From a virus: a stretch of DNA of 64,000 nt. The stretch lies in IMG/VR virus record IMGVR_UViG_3300038461_000101, positions 24,724-88,723 of that record. One strand, written 5' to 3'. Shown piece by piece: positions 1-9,889 of this stretch (its first letter is position 1; every line of letters starts with the position of its first letter). Both the position numbers and the translations under genes were made by a program. The notes under the pieces were generated by a model that was given only the letters and a program-made list of their open reading frames with translations, was not told where the DNA came from and made no database searches.

Positions 1-549
1 AAGCGTCGGCCTGACAATCCAGTGATTTGTGTCTCGTTCCATTGGGATGGATCTGGTGTGGCTCCGGAAGCCGGAAATGCTTGGGAACACTATCGCCGGT
101 TCCTACCTGAACTGATGAAGCATTACAAAGTTATCGGCCATGGACATCCCAAATTCTTGGAACAACTGACCTATGCCTACACAAAATTGGGGATCCCTGT
201 GGTCAATGACTTCGAAGATGTGATGCAGCAAGCTGATGTGTACGTGAATGATTGCAGTTCGACCATGTATGAGTTCTTAGTCACTGGTAAACCGGTCGTG
301 GTAATGAATGCCCCTTGGTTTCGTAAGAATGTGTTTCATGGCATTCGTTTTTGGGATTACTCTGAGCCAGGGCCGGTCGCTGAAGGACCCGAGCAACTGA
401 TTGAAGCCATTGAGCGTGCTCTGGTCTATGACGAGCACGATATTCGAACCCGTAGAAGATACGTGAAAGATCTGTATCCTAACTTAGGCTCAGCCGCCAA
501 GACTGCAGCCCATGCCATCCGAGATTTCTGCTACGATCCCGAAGACTAA
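1..549 (+). CDS. GT-B fold protein, CDP-glycerol glycerophosphotransferase-like C-terminal domain (5'-truncated)
   Basis: Frame open from base 1; HGHP, then ADVYVNDCSSTMYEFLVTGKPVV, matching the D.L.TD.SS..EF...GKP pattern of TagB/TagF-like proteins. Confidence 0.6.
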   Translation, partial: KRRPDNPVICVSFHWDGSGVAPEAGNAWEHYRRFLPELMKHYKVIGHGHPKFLEQLTYAYTKLGIPVVNDFEDVMQQADVYVNDCSSTMYEFLVTGKPVVVMNAPWFRKNVFHGIRFWDYSEPGPVAEGPEQLIEAIERALVYDEHDIRTRRRYVKDLYPNLGSAAKTAAHAIRDFCYDPED

Positions 550-557
550 GGAGTTGA

Positions 558-2051
558 ATGAAAACAATTGACGCTGCTGATCTATTCTGCGGAGCCGGTG
601 GTACATCCACCGGCCTTGCTTTAGCTGTTGAAGAGATGGGTATTCATTTGAAGTTGCTTGCCATCAATCACTGGCAGTTGGCTATTGATACCCATAGTGC
701 AAACCATCCTAATGCGATCCATCAATGCGTGAACCTGGATAACGTGGATCCTCGCAAGGCTGTGCCTTCGGGGAAACTTGACATCTTGATTGCTTCTCCT
801 GAGTGTATGCACCATAGCAATGCTCGTGGTGGCCGACCGATGAACGATCAGTCCAGGGCCAGCGCATGGCTGATACTTCGATGGGCTGAGGCTTTGTTCA
901 TTCGCAATATCCTGATTGAGAACATCCCTGAGTTCATGGATTGGGGGCCATTGAGTGCCAAGGGTAGACCAATCAAGAAGCTGAAAGGTACCACCTTCAG
1001 GGCTTTCATTGAGTCTCTGAAGTCTTTGAATTACCATGTCGATTACCGGGTGATCAACTGTGCTAACTATGGAGATCCTACCACTCGGCATCGGCTATTC
1101 ATCATGGCAAGTAAGGCTCGCAAACCAGTATGGCCGGAGCCAACCCATCTGCAGCACGGTGCGGATATGTTTGGTACTTACCAGCCCTGGAAGACTGCCA
1201 AGGAGATCATTGATTGGGATCATAAGGGCAAAAGTATCTATGCAAGGAAGAAGCCGCTATCTCCCAACACAATGCGCAGAATCATGGTGGGTCTTACCAA
1301 GTTTGGTGGTGGTGCTTTTGTAATAGGCCAGCAAACACCTGCAGCTCCTCGATCGGTGGATAGGCCATTACCTACAGTAGCAGGAGCTGGTGCAATTTCT
1401 CTAGTGCAACCTTTCATCTTTGAGATGGAGCATACTGGCCTCAAGTCTGGTGATAAGCATCGCTGCCATAATATCGACCGGCCACTACCTACCGTAACCG
1501 GTAAGGGACAATGGGGATTGATTGAGCCCTATCTGGTGGAATTTCATGGCACTGGAGAAGATGGCCGGGAAAGAGTTCGCTCTCTGGATGAACCCATGCC
1601 AACCGTCTTGGGAGCCAATGTGTATGCCCTGGCTGAGCCAATGCTTATTCAGATGAATGGCACAGATCCAGGCCAGCTTGACCATTCGGCCAAGTCGATC
1701 AATGAACCGGTGCCCACTCTGACTGGTGGGAATAAGTTTGCCCTGGCACAACCCTACATCGTTGAATATTATGGGTCAGCCACTGCAGTTCCCATCACGG
1801 ATCCATTGCCAACAGTTACCAGTAAGAGCCGGTTTGCCCTGGCAGATCCCATTATCATGGAAGACAAGAATGGCAAGAGATATTTGGTTGATGTTCTCTT
1901 CCGAATGCTTTCCATCAAAGAGCTTGCTGCTGCAACTTCGTTCCCTGCTGACTATATCTTCAAGGGAACTCACAATGATGTCGTAAAACAGATCGGTAAT
2001 GCTGTGCCAGTCAACACTGCAAGAGCACTGACACATTCCCTCTTGTCATAA
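558..2051 (+). CDS. dcm: DNA (cytosine-5)-methyltransferase
   Basis: Motif I DLFCGAGG, catalytic SPEC, ENI, R.RLF, C-terminal KQIGNAVP; AAGGAG RBS. Confidence 0.93.
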   Translation: MKTIDAADLFCGAGGTSTGLALAVEEMGIHLKLLAINHWQLAIDTHSANHPNAIHQCVNLDNVDPRKAVPSGKLDILIASPECMHHSNARGGRPMNDQSRASAWLILRWAEALFIRNILIENIPEFMDWGPLSAKGRPIKKLKGTTFRAFIESLKSLNYHVDYRVINCANYGDPTTRHRLFIMASKARKPVWPEPTHLQHGADMFGTYQPWKTAKEIIDWDHKGKSIYARKKPLSPNTMRRIMVGLTKFGGGAFVIGQQTPAAPRSVDRPLPTVAGAGAISLVQPFIFEMEHTGLKSGDKHRCHNIDRPLPTVTGKGQWGLIEPYLVEFHGTGEDGRERVRSLDEPMPTVLGANVYALAEPMLIQMNGTDPGQLDHSAKSINEPVPTLTGGNKFALAQPYIVEYYGSATAVPITDPLPTVTSKSRFALADPIIMEDKNGKRYLVDVLFRMLSIKELAAATSFPADYIFKGTHNDVVKQIGNAVPVNTARALTHSLLS

Positions 2052-2097
2052 TCTGGATACAGATGTATCATCTAGTCACCAGGAAAGGAAAGCTGCT

Positions 2098-2388
2098 ATG
2101 GATACCCGTAGTGCGTTGCAATTAGTGTTAGATCAAGTTGACTATACCCGAGGAGCTTGCACTGTAACCGAGATGGTTGGTGCTGTTCTCCCCGAAGAAA
2201 CGATCGCAATGGCCCGTGCATCTTTGGCTGAAGCCTATACAAAGGCACTTCAGTTCATTGATATGCCCGTGGATGACATTGTGAAGGCCATCTATGAGAA
2301 GTATTCGGAGGCCCTGCCTGATATGTCTCAAGAGGATCTTGCCAAAGTCATCAAGATTGTGTTCGAATACGAAGGGAGTTTTCTATGA
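2098..2388 (+). CDS. hypothetical protein
   Basis: ORF in operon, overlaps the next start. Confidence 0.6.
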   Translation: MDTRSALQLVLDQVDYTRGACTVTEMVGAVLPEETIAMARASLAEAYTKALQFIDMPVDDIVKAIYEKYSEALPDMSQEDLAKVIKIVFEYEGSFL

Positions 2389-2930
2389 GTCCAGTTGGTT
2401 ATATGGATCCTGATTGGGAACAAGGCGGTCAGAAGAGACCAGCCTGGGCCAAGCCCAAAACCGAACTGGCAAAGGAAGCACTGGCTATCAGTGGTAGGCA
2501 ATACTTCCGGGGCCAGACAAAGCATGATAGTGAATTTGCTTTGTGGGATGCTCAAGAACAAATGGCTATCGGGGCAACTGATGATAGTTATCTTCACCTG
2601 ATGTGGATCCGGCACAATATGGAACTTGGGCAAAAGAAACGGGCTGATTTGATCCCGGTTTCTTTCCAGTGGTTGCTCAGGAAGATCTGTGACCATGAAG
2701 CCATGGTGGACTGGAAAGCAAAGAACCGCAGCCGGGTCCTGGATGAACGTGGTAAGGCCGTGCTTGGTCAATTCAACCGGGCGGCTGAGCTGGCTCGTGA
2801 TGAAGGTAAAGCTACTCGTGCCAAGGAAGAACTTGGACTGCAGAAAGCTTGTAGCAAGGTCTACCATGCTGCCTTGTACGCCAAGGGGGATCGTTACTGT
2901 GGAGTGTGCCACCAAGAATTGGAGATGTAG
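2385..2930 (+). CDS. hypothetical protein with C-terminal Cys/His cluster, possibly replication-associated
   Basis: ATGA coupling; C...YH...CGVC; lies upstream of the DnaC-like gene. Confidence 0.55.
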   Translation: MSPVGYMDPDWEQGGQKRPAWAKPKTELAKEALAISGRQYFRGQTKHDSEFALWDAQEQMAIGATDDSYLHLMWIRHNMELGQKKRADLIPVSFQWLLRKICDHEAMVDWKAKNRSRVLDERGKAVLGQFNRAAELARDEGKATRAKEELGLQKACSKVYHAALYAKGDRYCGVCHQELEM

Positions 2931-3017
2931 ATGGATTTCATTGCAGGACTTATCTTCACGGTTCTCATGCTGATCGTCTGGATTGCCGAAGCAATTGAGA
3001 ACAGAAAGAAGAAATAA
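2931..3017 (+). CDS. 28-aa single-TM peptide (not in ORF track)
   Basis: GGAG RBS, MDFIAGLIFTVLMLIVWIAEAIENRKKK*, stop overlaps the next ATG (TAATG). Confidence 0.5.
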   Translation: MDFIAGLIFTVLMLIVWIAEAIENRKKK

Positions 3018-3877
3018 TGGTTCAGACCGTAGCTATATTGAAGAGCTATAACATCTGGATGCACCAGGCCCCCCGGCTTCTGGAGAAATATGGCTATACT
3101 TTTCCTTCTCCAGTTGGGGTATGGGAGAAACTGACCGGTCCTCTTTGCCCTGAATGCAATGGGTATCCTACCATGGAAGATAGCAAAGGCAATTGGATTT
3201 ACTGTGTGTGTGCCTTATCCAGATGGCTGGATACCCATAAGAATGATTGCCAGCTTTTTGAAACTCCAGTTCCTGCAGTATCTCTTGATGATCTCAAGCC
3301 TTTCAGTAATCACAATAGCCCAAAGAAAGGTGAAGAAGATCTCCGGGTCTTGCTTTCCTTCGTGCGCAAATGGATGCAGAGACCTCGACGCTGGATGTGG
3401 ATTGAAGGTGGCACTGGTACTGGTAAAAGCCATGTTCTCATGGCAATCAAAACAGCCTTGCCCAAAATAGCTTTCTATATTGGGGCTGAAAGGTTTTCAT
3501 CTGAGTGCTTCCGAACAATGGAGCACAAGGTTCTTACCGAAGGTGGCGATGAAGTTACCCTGGACGATTTCATTACTCGATTATCCACGGTGCCTATTCT
3601 GTTGTTTGATGATTGGGGATTAGAGCATCGAACTTCCTTTGTGACTGACCAACTGGCAGCAGTGATCAACAATCGTGTCCGGTTCCCGGATGAGTTTGTG
3701 ACTATTGTTACTTCGAACATGCAGCTTGCCAAACTCCTACATTCTGGAGATCAAGCCATTGAACGGATTGCCAGCCGAATGAGCGACAGTCAGTATTGCG
3801 ATTTCTTTACTCTCTCCCAGGCAGATTATCGTCGCCCCACTACTTTCGCAGAAGGGAGTGGGTATGCTCAAAGATAG
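3017..3877 (+). CDS. DnaC/IstB-like AAA+ ATPase (helicase loader)
   Basis: N-terminal CPEC...CVC Zn site, Walker A GGTGTGKS, Walker B LLFDDWG, TIVTSN, RIASR. Confidence 0.88.
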   Translation: MVQTVAILKSYNIWMHQAPRLLEKYGYTFPSPVGVWEKLTGPLCPECNGYPTMEDSKGNWIYCVCALSRWLDTHKNDCQLFETPVPAVSLDDLKPFSNHNSPKKGEEDLRVLLSFVRKWMQRPRRWMWIEGGTGTGKSHVLMAIKTALPKIAFYIGAERFSSECFRTMEHKVLTEGGDEVTLDDFITRLSTVPILLFDDWGLEHRTSFVTDQLAAVINNRVRFPDEFVTIVTSNMQLAKLLHSGDQAIERIASRMSDSQYCDFFTLSQADYRRPTTFAEGSGYAQR

Positions 3878-4715
3878 ATCCAGAAAGATCAGTGTTATTG
3901 CTGATGCTGTCATCAAAGATACACAGGAAATGATGCAGCATCCAGAGTTATATCGGCCCATCAAAACTCAGCTGGATGAGCTGGACAAAGCGATCGGTGG
4001 CTTGGTGTTTCCTGCCTATTATGTGATCGGTGGGAAGTGGAAGACCTGTAAGACGATCATCGCTCAGCATCTTGCAACCGTTCTGGCCGCATCTGAACGT
4101 GGTCGGGTGGATTACTTCATGCTGGAAGAAGTGGCTGAGCAGTTGGGCCTTCGAAGTCTCACCCGGCATACCAGCCATGTAACTCGAAACCAGTTCAGAG
4201 ATCTGAATATTGGTGAGCAGGACTGGAAGGATATTCATACTTCCCGAGCCATGCTGGAGAATATCGACCTATGGGTTGATGACACCGTGCGCACGGCAGC
4301 CGGTATCATTGAGCAAGCCAAGCAGAGAGGATCCAAATATGTCGTGATAGATTACTTGCAGCTCTTAGAAGATAAGTATGGGCACTCAGAAGCAGAACGG
4401 CTTGAATATGTTTCCAGACTTTTCATTGCTGCTCGTAATACCTTGAAGATCACTTTCATTGTGGTCTACCAAATGAATGAGAAGGGTAAGGCGCATGGCA
4501 CTCGGTCAATCTATCGGGATGCAGACATGGCAATTGAGATCAAGGCCGTGGATGATACTGTGCGTACTGAGAATGTAGATGGAGTGGTAAGCATCATTGT
4601 CTTGCCCTCTCGTATTGCCCCGAGTGGCACCGGAATAATCAATCTTGCTTATTCAGGCTCCCACTCCCGAATAACCAATGTCCCTAAACTGGACCCACAA
4701 CTGGAGTTGATATGA
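3864..4715 (+). CDS. DnaB-like (SF4) helicase, C-terminal domain only
   Basis: ELDKAIGG, variant Walker A GGKWKTCKT, VVIDYLQLL, YQMN, IYRDAD. Confidence 0.8.
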   Translation: MLKDRSRKISVIADAVIKDTQEMMQHPELYRPIKTQLDELDKAIGGLVFPAYYVIGGKWKTCKTIIAQHLATVLAASERGRVDYFMLEEVAEQLGLRSLTRHTSHVTRNQFRDLNIGEQDWKDIHTSRAMLENIDLWVDDTVRTAAGIIEQAKQRGSKYVVIDYLQLLEDKYGHSEAERLEYVSRLFIAARNTLKITFIVVYQMNEKGKAHGTRSIYRDADMAIEIKAVDDTVRTENVDGVVSIIVLPSRIAPSGTGIINLAYSGSHSRITNVPKLDPQLELI

Positions 4716-5239
4716 TCCCTGACAATACTGCTATTCGTGAGAAATTCGCTGTCATGGCGAAGGATGAATTTGAGTCCTACCTTACCTACCTTGACCTGCA
4801 TTGGGTGGGATGGGACTGTGAAGTGAATGAGCTTTCTGAGGGCTTCAAGGTGGCCTGGAAGTCTCATATCGTGGTACCCAATTCCAAGGCACCTGATTCT
4901 CATATCGACATTCCCACATCAGGTGTGTTCTATTTCAAGGAAGATGCTACCAAGTTCCACTTCCGCCAGATGTATGCCATGGTGATCGGCGTTCAGCTAC
5001 ATCCCCGGTCGCCCATGTTCAACTGGATCTTGGAACAAGAGCAAGCCTATCGCTTGCAGGATCCTGATCATGACAACATCCTGGAAGTGGTTCTTCGAAG
5101 CGTCCTTACTTCGATGATACTTTCAGGGGTAAGACGACCGGAGATCCTGGGCGCATTCCTGGAGCAGTGCCACTTCGATTACAACGTGGCCCGTACCGTG
5201 GACATTATGACCAAGGGCAAGCGGTTGAAGAGGCATTGA
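4712..5239 (+). CDS. hypothetical protein
   Basis: ATGA-coupled ORF. Confidence 0.6.
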   Translation: MIPDNTAIREKFAVMAKDEFESYLTYLDLHWVGWDCEVNELSEGFKVAWKSHIVVPNSKAPDSHIDIPTSGVFYFKEDATKFHFRQMYAMVIGVQLHPRSPMFNWILEQEQAYRLQDPDHDNILEVVLRSVLTSMILSGVRRPEILGAFLEQCHFDYNVARTVDIMTKGKRLKRH

Positions 5240-5664
5240 TGAATAGGCGACAGACTCTTGCCTCTGAGTTGTTCTTGTTGATTGCTGCTCCCAAGGTCCA
5301 GTTCATGCTTTGGAAGTTCAGGTTTCATATCTGGCTGGCTGCCAAAGAATATAGCTGGCAGATGAAGAACCTCAAGATAGCAATGAAGGCGGTTGACAAC
5401 AAACAGGAATTGGAGTCCATTAATCAGCCTAACTGCTTGTATCTGGCAATTAGTGAAGTGGAAGGATCCATCAAGTTGTCTGGCTTCTACGCCAACAGCG
5501 ACAAAGAATTTCAGAAAGAATGCCGCAAGGTTCCTGGCATTGCTTTCATGATCATCTCTCTTGCCAATCTGCGAACACAGTTGATTGACAATTACTTCCG
5601 AAGAAAGTCCGTCGATTTTCAGAGAGAGCAGATGGCAAAGAATGGTGGCTTTTACGTGCATTAG
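5239..5664 (+). CDS. hypothetical protein
   Basis: TGATG coupling to the upstream stop. Confidence 0.55.
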   Translation: MNRRQTLASELFLLIAAPKVQFMLWKFRFHIWLAAKEYSWQMKNLKIAMKAVDNKQELESINQPNCLYLAISEVEGSIKLSGFYANSDKEFQKECRKVPGIAFMIISLANLRTQLIDNYFRRKSVDFQREQMAKNGGFYVH

Positions 5665-5672
5665 GAGATCCT

Positions 5673-5930
5673 ATGGATATGACTGAATTGCAAGTGCTCA
5701 AAGGTGTGTATGACCATATCTCGATGCGCCGGATCAGCGTGTTGATTGGCAAAACATTGAGAACGGTTCAACGGCTCTGTTTCCAATTGGAAAAAGAAGG
5801 GTACATCAGTAATCCTTGGAAGCCAGGGGAGCCTCGGGTAGCTGTGGCTCGAACCCTGACAGCCAAGGGGAAGTTGGTATTGGCCCAGGAAGGGCTGATC
5901 CCTTACGAGAAATCCAATGGAAGCCGATAG
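5673..5930 (+). CDS. winged helix-turn-helix DNA-binding protein
   Basis: SMRRISVLIGKTLRTVQRLCFQLEKEGYI...RTLTAKG wHTH pattern; AGGAG RBS. Confidence 0.75.
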   Translation: MDMTELQVLKGVYDHISMRRISVLIGKTLRTVQRLCFQLEKEGYISNPWKPGEPRVAVARTLTAKGKLVLAQEGLIPYEKSNGSR

Positions 5931-6360
5931 TATTACCAGCCTTACTCAGCATGTCTCTTTACTTGTTCCTGACAAGGAATGGTTTGAGCGGGGCTGTAGA
6001 ATGGCTGTAGCCAGGATTGAGCAGACAATCGCCAAGGAAATGTTTGAAGAACTCAAACGGACCCAAGGCCGATGTGTATTAGAGTATGTAATTGAGTCCT
6101 GGGATGATTATGCTGCTGCCTGCAGAGTTTTCAAAGGCCATTATCAGATCGTGGTATTGGCTCCTCATCAAATTCAACTGCCAACCTTCGTCTACCTTGA
6201 CCACAATGGGGAAGAAGAATGGAAGTGTCCTTATTGTGGTGCCATCAACAAAATGACCGCAACTTATTGCGGTGAGAAGCATGAACACGCTCATGGGTGT
6301 GGACACCCAAGAGAGAAAGAGAGATTTGCCGGTGAATACGCAAGCTTACATGCTGGATGA
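5917..6360 (+). CDS. zinc-ribbon protein
   Basis: WKCPYCGAIN...YCG...GCG. Confidence 0.65.
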   Translation: MEADSITSLTQHVSLLVPDKEWFERGCRMAVARIEQTIAKEMFEELKRTQGRCVLEYVIESWDDYAAACRVFKGHYQIVVLAPHQIQLPTFVYLDHNGEEEWKCPYCGAINKMTATYCGEKHEHAHGCGHPREKERFAGEYASLHAG

Positions 6361-6736
6361 AGAAGTAAAACAGTTCGTAATCAGTTGTCGTCGTCGGGCT
6401 CGTGTCAACAATGATCCTGGTAAGTGCACCTGGAAGCAACGTACCTGTTTGCTTCTAACAATTGAAGCTGCTTTGATCGACCCGAAGAATCGGGATAGAG
6501 TGCTGTCGGCCATCACTGGTCTTGACATCAAATCACAGAACCAGCTCACGTTCTGGTATCACTCGGTCCTTATTGACGAGACAAAGGATGGTAAAGCAGA
6601 TGGAATCCTCGGACGCATTGAGGCAGTTGTTACACAGTACCCTGTCCAACAGGCGTACAAAATATATCCCTGGGATCGGCCCGGTATTGATCTGCCCGTT
6701 CTGCAGCAAGCCAATTCGCAAGGGGCAAATCTATGA
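6332..6736 (+). CDS. hypothetical protein (start uncertain)
   Basis: ORF in operon. Confidence 0.5.
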   Translation: MNTQAYMLDEEVKQFVISCRRRARVNNDPGKCTWKQRTCLLLTIEAALIDPKNRDRVLSAITGLDIKSQNQLTFWYHSVLIDETKDGKADGILGRIEAVVTQYPVQQAYKIYPWDRPGIDLPVLQQANSQGANL

Positions 6737-7073
6737 CATGCACGAGGGACTCATATCGAGAGGCCAGGTTCAGAAATCGAATAACCCGGATCTCATATTC
6801 CATCCCTGTAATCTGGTTTTTAGGCATCACAATAGTCAACGCTGTTACCATACTGGCGGTGTGGGTGGTGATGAGGGCTTTCAGATTAGTGCCGTCTATC
6901 TGGTAGAGTACGAAGGAATGGAAAAAGTCAGGGACTGGCTCTATTCGCTGATCCCTGAGTTTGAAGTGGTGGCAGCTCAGGCGTTTCGCCGGTTCAACCT
7001 GCTATATCCGATGAAATCATCGGTATATCAGATGCCTCATGAGTTTCATGATGCTCATGGGAAACCAGCTTAG
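6522..7073 (+). CDS. putative HNH/NinG-like Zn nuclease (start uncertain)
   Basis: CPFC...DMHE...NLVFRHH...CYH arrangement resembles a His-Me finger. Confidence 0.45.
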   Translation: MTSNHRTSSRSGITRSLLTRQRMVKQMESSDALRQLLHSTLSNRRTKYIPGIGPVLICPFCSKPIRKGQIYDMHEGLISRGQVQKSNNPDLIFHPCNLVFRHHNSQRCYHTGGVGGDEGFQISAVYLVEYEGMEKVRDWLYSLIPEFEVVAAQAFRRFNLLYPMKSSVYQMPHEFHDAHGKPA

Positions 7074-7099
7074 GCTGTGGTTCTGAAGGAGAGTAGAGC

Positions 7100-7684
7100 A
7101 TGTTCAATTTCAAGCCGAAGGATACAAATAAGCCAGCAAAGAAGGTCCCCTTCTTCGAGGATGCTACAGCTGCCAATGGTTGGGCTGGCATCAACACTGG
7201 CAAAAGCATTGATACACTCAAGTCAGAGATCATTTCTGCCATGAGCAAATTGGGAGGCTTGGTAACAGGCTTCGAACTTGGTACCTGGGGCACCCCGGAT
7301 GTTCTTCGAGAGGGCTACAGGATCCATTATGTGGTGGAATCTCCTGATGGGCATCATGTCCCTGGTTACATTGATGTAGCCGGTCTTCCAATCAAGCCGG
7401 TAGAAAGATATGACAATAGGCGCAGACGCACTACAGAACAGAAGCAGGAGGATGCTCTCAAGGCCGCTCTCTGGAATGTGAAGGAATGCCTTGATCATAT
7501 GTGGAAGCTGCAGTTGCTTTCACCGGGGTTTGCTGCATTGATGCCCTTCATGATTGCCACGAAGGGCGTAAACTTGACTCAGCTTTGGAGTGAAACTTCA
7601 ACCATGAAGCCACTCTTGCCTATGGCAGATGACTTCAAGGCTGAGACCGGAGATATTATTGATGGTCAAGTAAAGGATATGTAA
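7100..7684 (+). CDS. hypothetical protein
   Basis: AAGGAG RBS, 194 aa. Confidence 0.65.
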   Translation: MFNFKPKDTNKPAKKVPFFEDATAANGWAGINTGKSIDTLKSEIISAMSKLGGLVTGFELGTWGTPDVLREGYRIHYVVESPDGHHVPGYIDVAGLPIKPVERYDNRRRRTTEQKQEDALKAALWNVKECLDHMWKLQLLSPGFAALMPFMIATKGVNLTQLWSETSTMKPLLPMADDFKAETGDIIDGQVKDM

Positions 7685-7685
7685 G

Positions 7686-7886
7686 ATGAGTAAAAAATCT
7701 TTGCAGGTATTTGAACAAAAGGATTTGATATTGCCTACTTTGCATTTGTCAAAGCCCTGTCACATTTCGATTTCTCTTTCTCGTACACGAATCTATCTCA
7801 CAATTGGTCCTCGTGATTGGGAGTGGGATAGGCAGACTGGAGAATTGATTGGAGCAGGTACTTCTTTGGTATCGGAGAATAGATGA
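7686..7886 (+). CDS. hypothetical protein
   Basis: AAGGA RBS, fills the operon gap. Confidence 0.55.
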   Translation: MSKKSLQVFEQKDLILPTLHLSKPCHISISLSRTRIYLTIGPRDWEWDRQTGELIGAGTSLVSENR

Positions 7887-8110
7887 TGACAAACAATACA
7901 CCCAGGAAAGCCCGAGATACCAAAAGGGTTTTCCTGTCTACTACGATCGTATGCCCTGTGTGTGGAAAGATGATCGACAAACTCCCTTCGGGGATGCAAG
8001 AAGCAATCTCTGATCGTGACCGGCTGATCTGTAACCATTGTGATGAGAATATCATCGTGCGGGTTATGGGTGGTCAGCACTGGACCAGAGAAGAAGCACC
8101 CGAGTATTAG
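7883..8110 (+). CDS. small zinc-finger protein
   Basis: CPVC...CNHC. Confidence 0.6.
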   Translation: MMTNNTPRKARDTKRVFLSTTIVCPVCGKMIDKLPSGMQEAISDRDRLICNHCDENIIVRVMGGQHWTREEAPEY

Positions 8111-8668
8111 ATGGCAACCGGGGATGTCCATCTCAAAGCTATTACCAGAGCAATCATCCCTGTCTGGATGGTTGCAGGTATATTCTTGGTTTTGATACAG
8201 AACTGGACTCCCTGTTTTGTTTCCCTGGGCTTATTCTTTCTGGTCTGTCGATATGTGGATCCCGATATGGACTCTTTCTCTACACTGGCTGCCGAATGGC
8301 GCATCAAAAGAGAATTGAATTTGCTTGGTGTATACATGGCCGGTTGGTGGACTATCTATGCGGCTCAGATGGATTGGATCCTACGAAAAGGAAGCCATCG
8401 AAGTTGGTTGACCCATTCCATCCTTCCCGGTACTTTGACCAGAGTGATCTGGTTCGATCTTCCCTTTGTATTTCCAATGGCCTGGCTGAGCAATAAGTAT
8501 CCCTGGGTGATAGCCAATATTTACCCGGCAATTCCACAGGTTTTGCTTGGACAGTTCCTTGCTTTCGCAATTGGTGATATGATACATCTGTATCTGGATG
8601 ATATGCTACCATTCTTCAGATACCACAAAGAGGAAAACCATAATGAATTTACCAATCATAGGAAATGA
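8111..8668 (+). CDS. DUF2227-like putative metal-binding membrane protein
   Basis: TG..H, DPDMD, HRSWLTHS, GT..R, D..HLYLD; hydrophobic segments. Confidence 0.65.
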   Translation: MATGDVHLKAITRAIIPVWMVAGIFLVLIQNWTPCFVSLGLFFLVCRYVDPDMDSFSTLAAEWRIKRELNLLGVYMAGWWTIYAAQMDWILRKGSHRSWLTHSILPGTLTRVIWFDLPFVFPMAWLSNKYPWVIANIYPAIPQVLLGQFLAFAIGDMIHLYLDDMLPFFRYHKEENHNEFTNHRK

Positions 8669-9578
8669 AGATGAAACACTTGTCCAAGCTGAACTTGTTC
8701 GTATGGAAGGCCACGAACAGATCTATCGGCGCACCCATCCGTTTCCCGAGCCTAAGAGACTTAGTTTTCTTCGGGATTTGGGCATTGAAGCGGTCTCTAC
8801 TTTCCTGTCTGGCGTTGGCGGTCTGGTTCTGGCTGGTGTTCGTACTGCTACCGTGTTTTACCTCTCTGAGGCAAACCTATTATCTACCTATACTATTGCC
8901 GGTGCTTTCGCTGCTGGCTTCAAGGCGGCAGCTCCTGGAGTGGCTACGGTATCCGCCCTTCTCGCTGTAGAAGGGACACTGTTTGCCAAGGGATTGAAAG
9001 CCGGTCGACTCAAGGGGGAAAGCAAGAATGCAAAATGGGACATGATCTTTGCCTTTGCAATATCTCTCATCGCTGGTGTGATCTCATCCACGACACTGGT
9101 CAGGAATGTGCCTGATGTACTGGCAACTTTCTTGAGCTGGTCACTGGTGATCATCACAGGCTTTGGGGCAACTGTACTGGCCTACTATGGGGCTGAGAAC
9201 CTGGGTTCAATCTTTCATACCTGGGGCGACATGCTTACAGCTGCTCAGCTTGAGTTTGAAGCAGTGGAAGCAGAGTGGTTTTCCAAGATGCAGAATGACT
9301 ATCGCAATAAGGGTCGGACTGCCATCTTTGGGCTTGAGAAATATAGTGCCAAGAAAGGAGATGACGAAGTACCCGTTGAAAGAGAAGTAGATCAAGGCGT
9401 AATTGATACTGTGCGTATTTGGCTTGCTGATAATGGTTTGAATGCCTCGCAAGTTGGTGGCAACCGGGATATGTATTCGGTAACTCCATCCGACATTGCC
9501 CGGGCCTGTAATTTGAAATCTGATTCTGTTCGTCCAGCCCTCTTCCGGCTTCGGAAGATGGAAACTCAAGCAACTTAG
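8643..9578 (+). CDS. multi-pass membrane protein with C-terminal HTH
   Basis: About 4 TM segments, then TPSDIARACNLKSDSVRPALFRLRK. Confidence 0.6.
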   Translation: MNLPIIGNEDETLVQAELVRMEGHEQIYRRTHPFPEPKRLSFLRDLGIEAVSTFLSGVGGLVLAGVRTATVFYLSEANLLSTYTIAGAFAAGFKAAAPGVATVSALLAVEGTLFAKGLKAGRLKGESKNAKWDMIFAFAISLIAGVISSTTLVRNVPDVLATFLSWSLVIITGFGATVLAYYGAENLGSIFHTWGDMLTAAQLEFEAVEAEWFSKMQNDYRNKGRTAIFGLEKYSAKKGDDEVPVEREVDQGVIDTVRIWLADNGLNASQVGGNRDMYSVTPSDIARACNLKSDSVRPALFRLRKMETQAT

Positions 9579-9590
9579 AAGGAGGTTGTT

Positions 9591-9878
9591 ATGTCAATTG
9601 GTGATGTCCCTGTAGCAGGTCGTGATACACAATACAGTCAGGCATTGGGCGAGTTGGGTGAAACAATTTCTCAGCTCCTGCAGACACGTGATGAAATGGA
9701 GAAGCGATTACAGCGAGTTATGCGCCCCGCTCCCGCCAATGGCAATCTCATTGAAACAGGTCCTGCTACACCTCCTGTGCCAATGGCTCCATTTGTGCTT
9801 GACATCAAAGAACAAACTGGTCGCATCAAGCAGGTGATCAGTCAAATGAGAGCGATGATGTCGCTCATCGAGATCTAA
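9591..9878 (+). CDS. hypothetical coiled-coil protein
   Basis: AAGGAGG RBS. Confidence 0.6.
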   Translation: MSIGDVPVAGRDTQYSQALGELGETISQLLQTRDEMEKRLQRVMRPAPANGNLIETGPATPPVPMAPFVLDIKEQTGRIKQVISQMRAMMSLIEI

Positions 9879-9889
9879 TCAAGGAGGTT

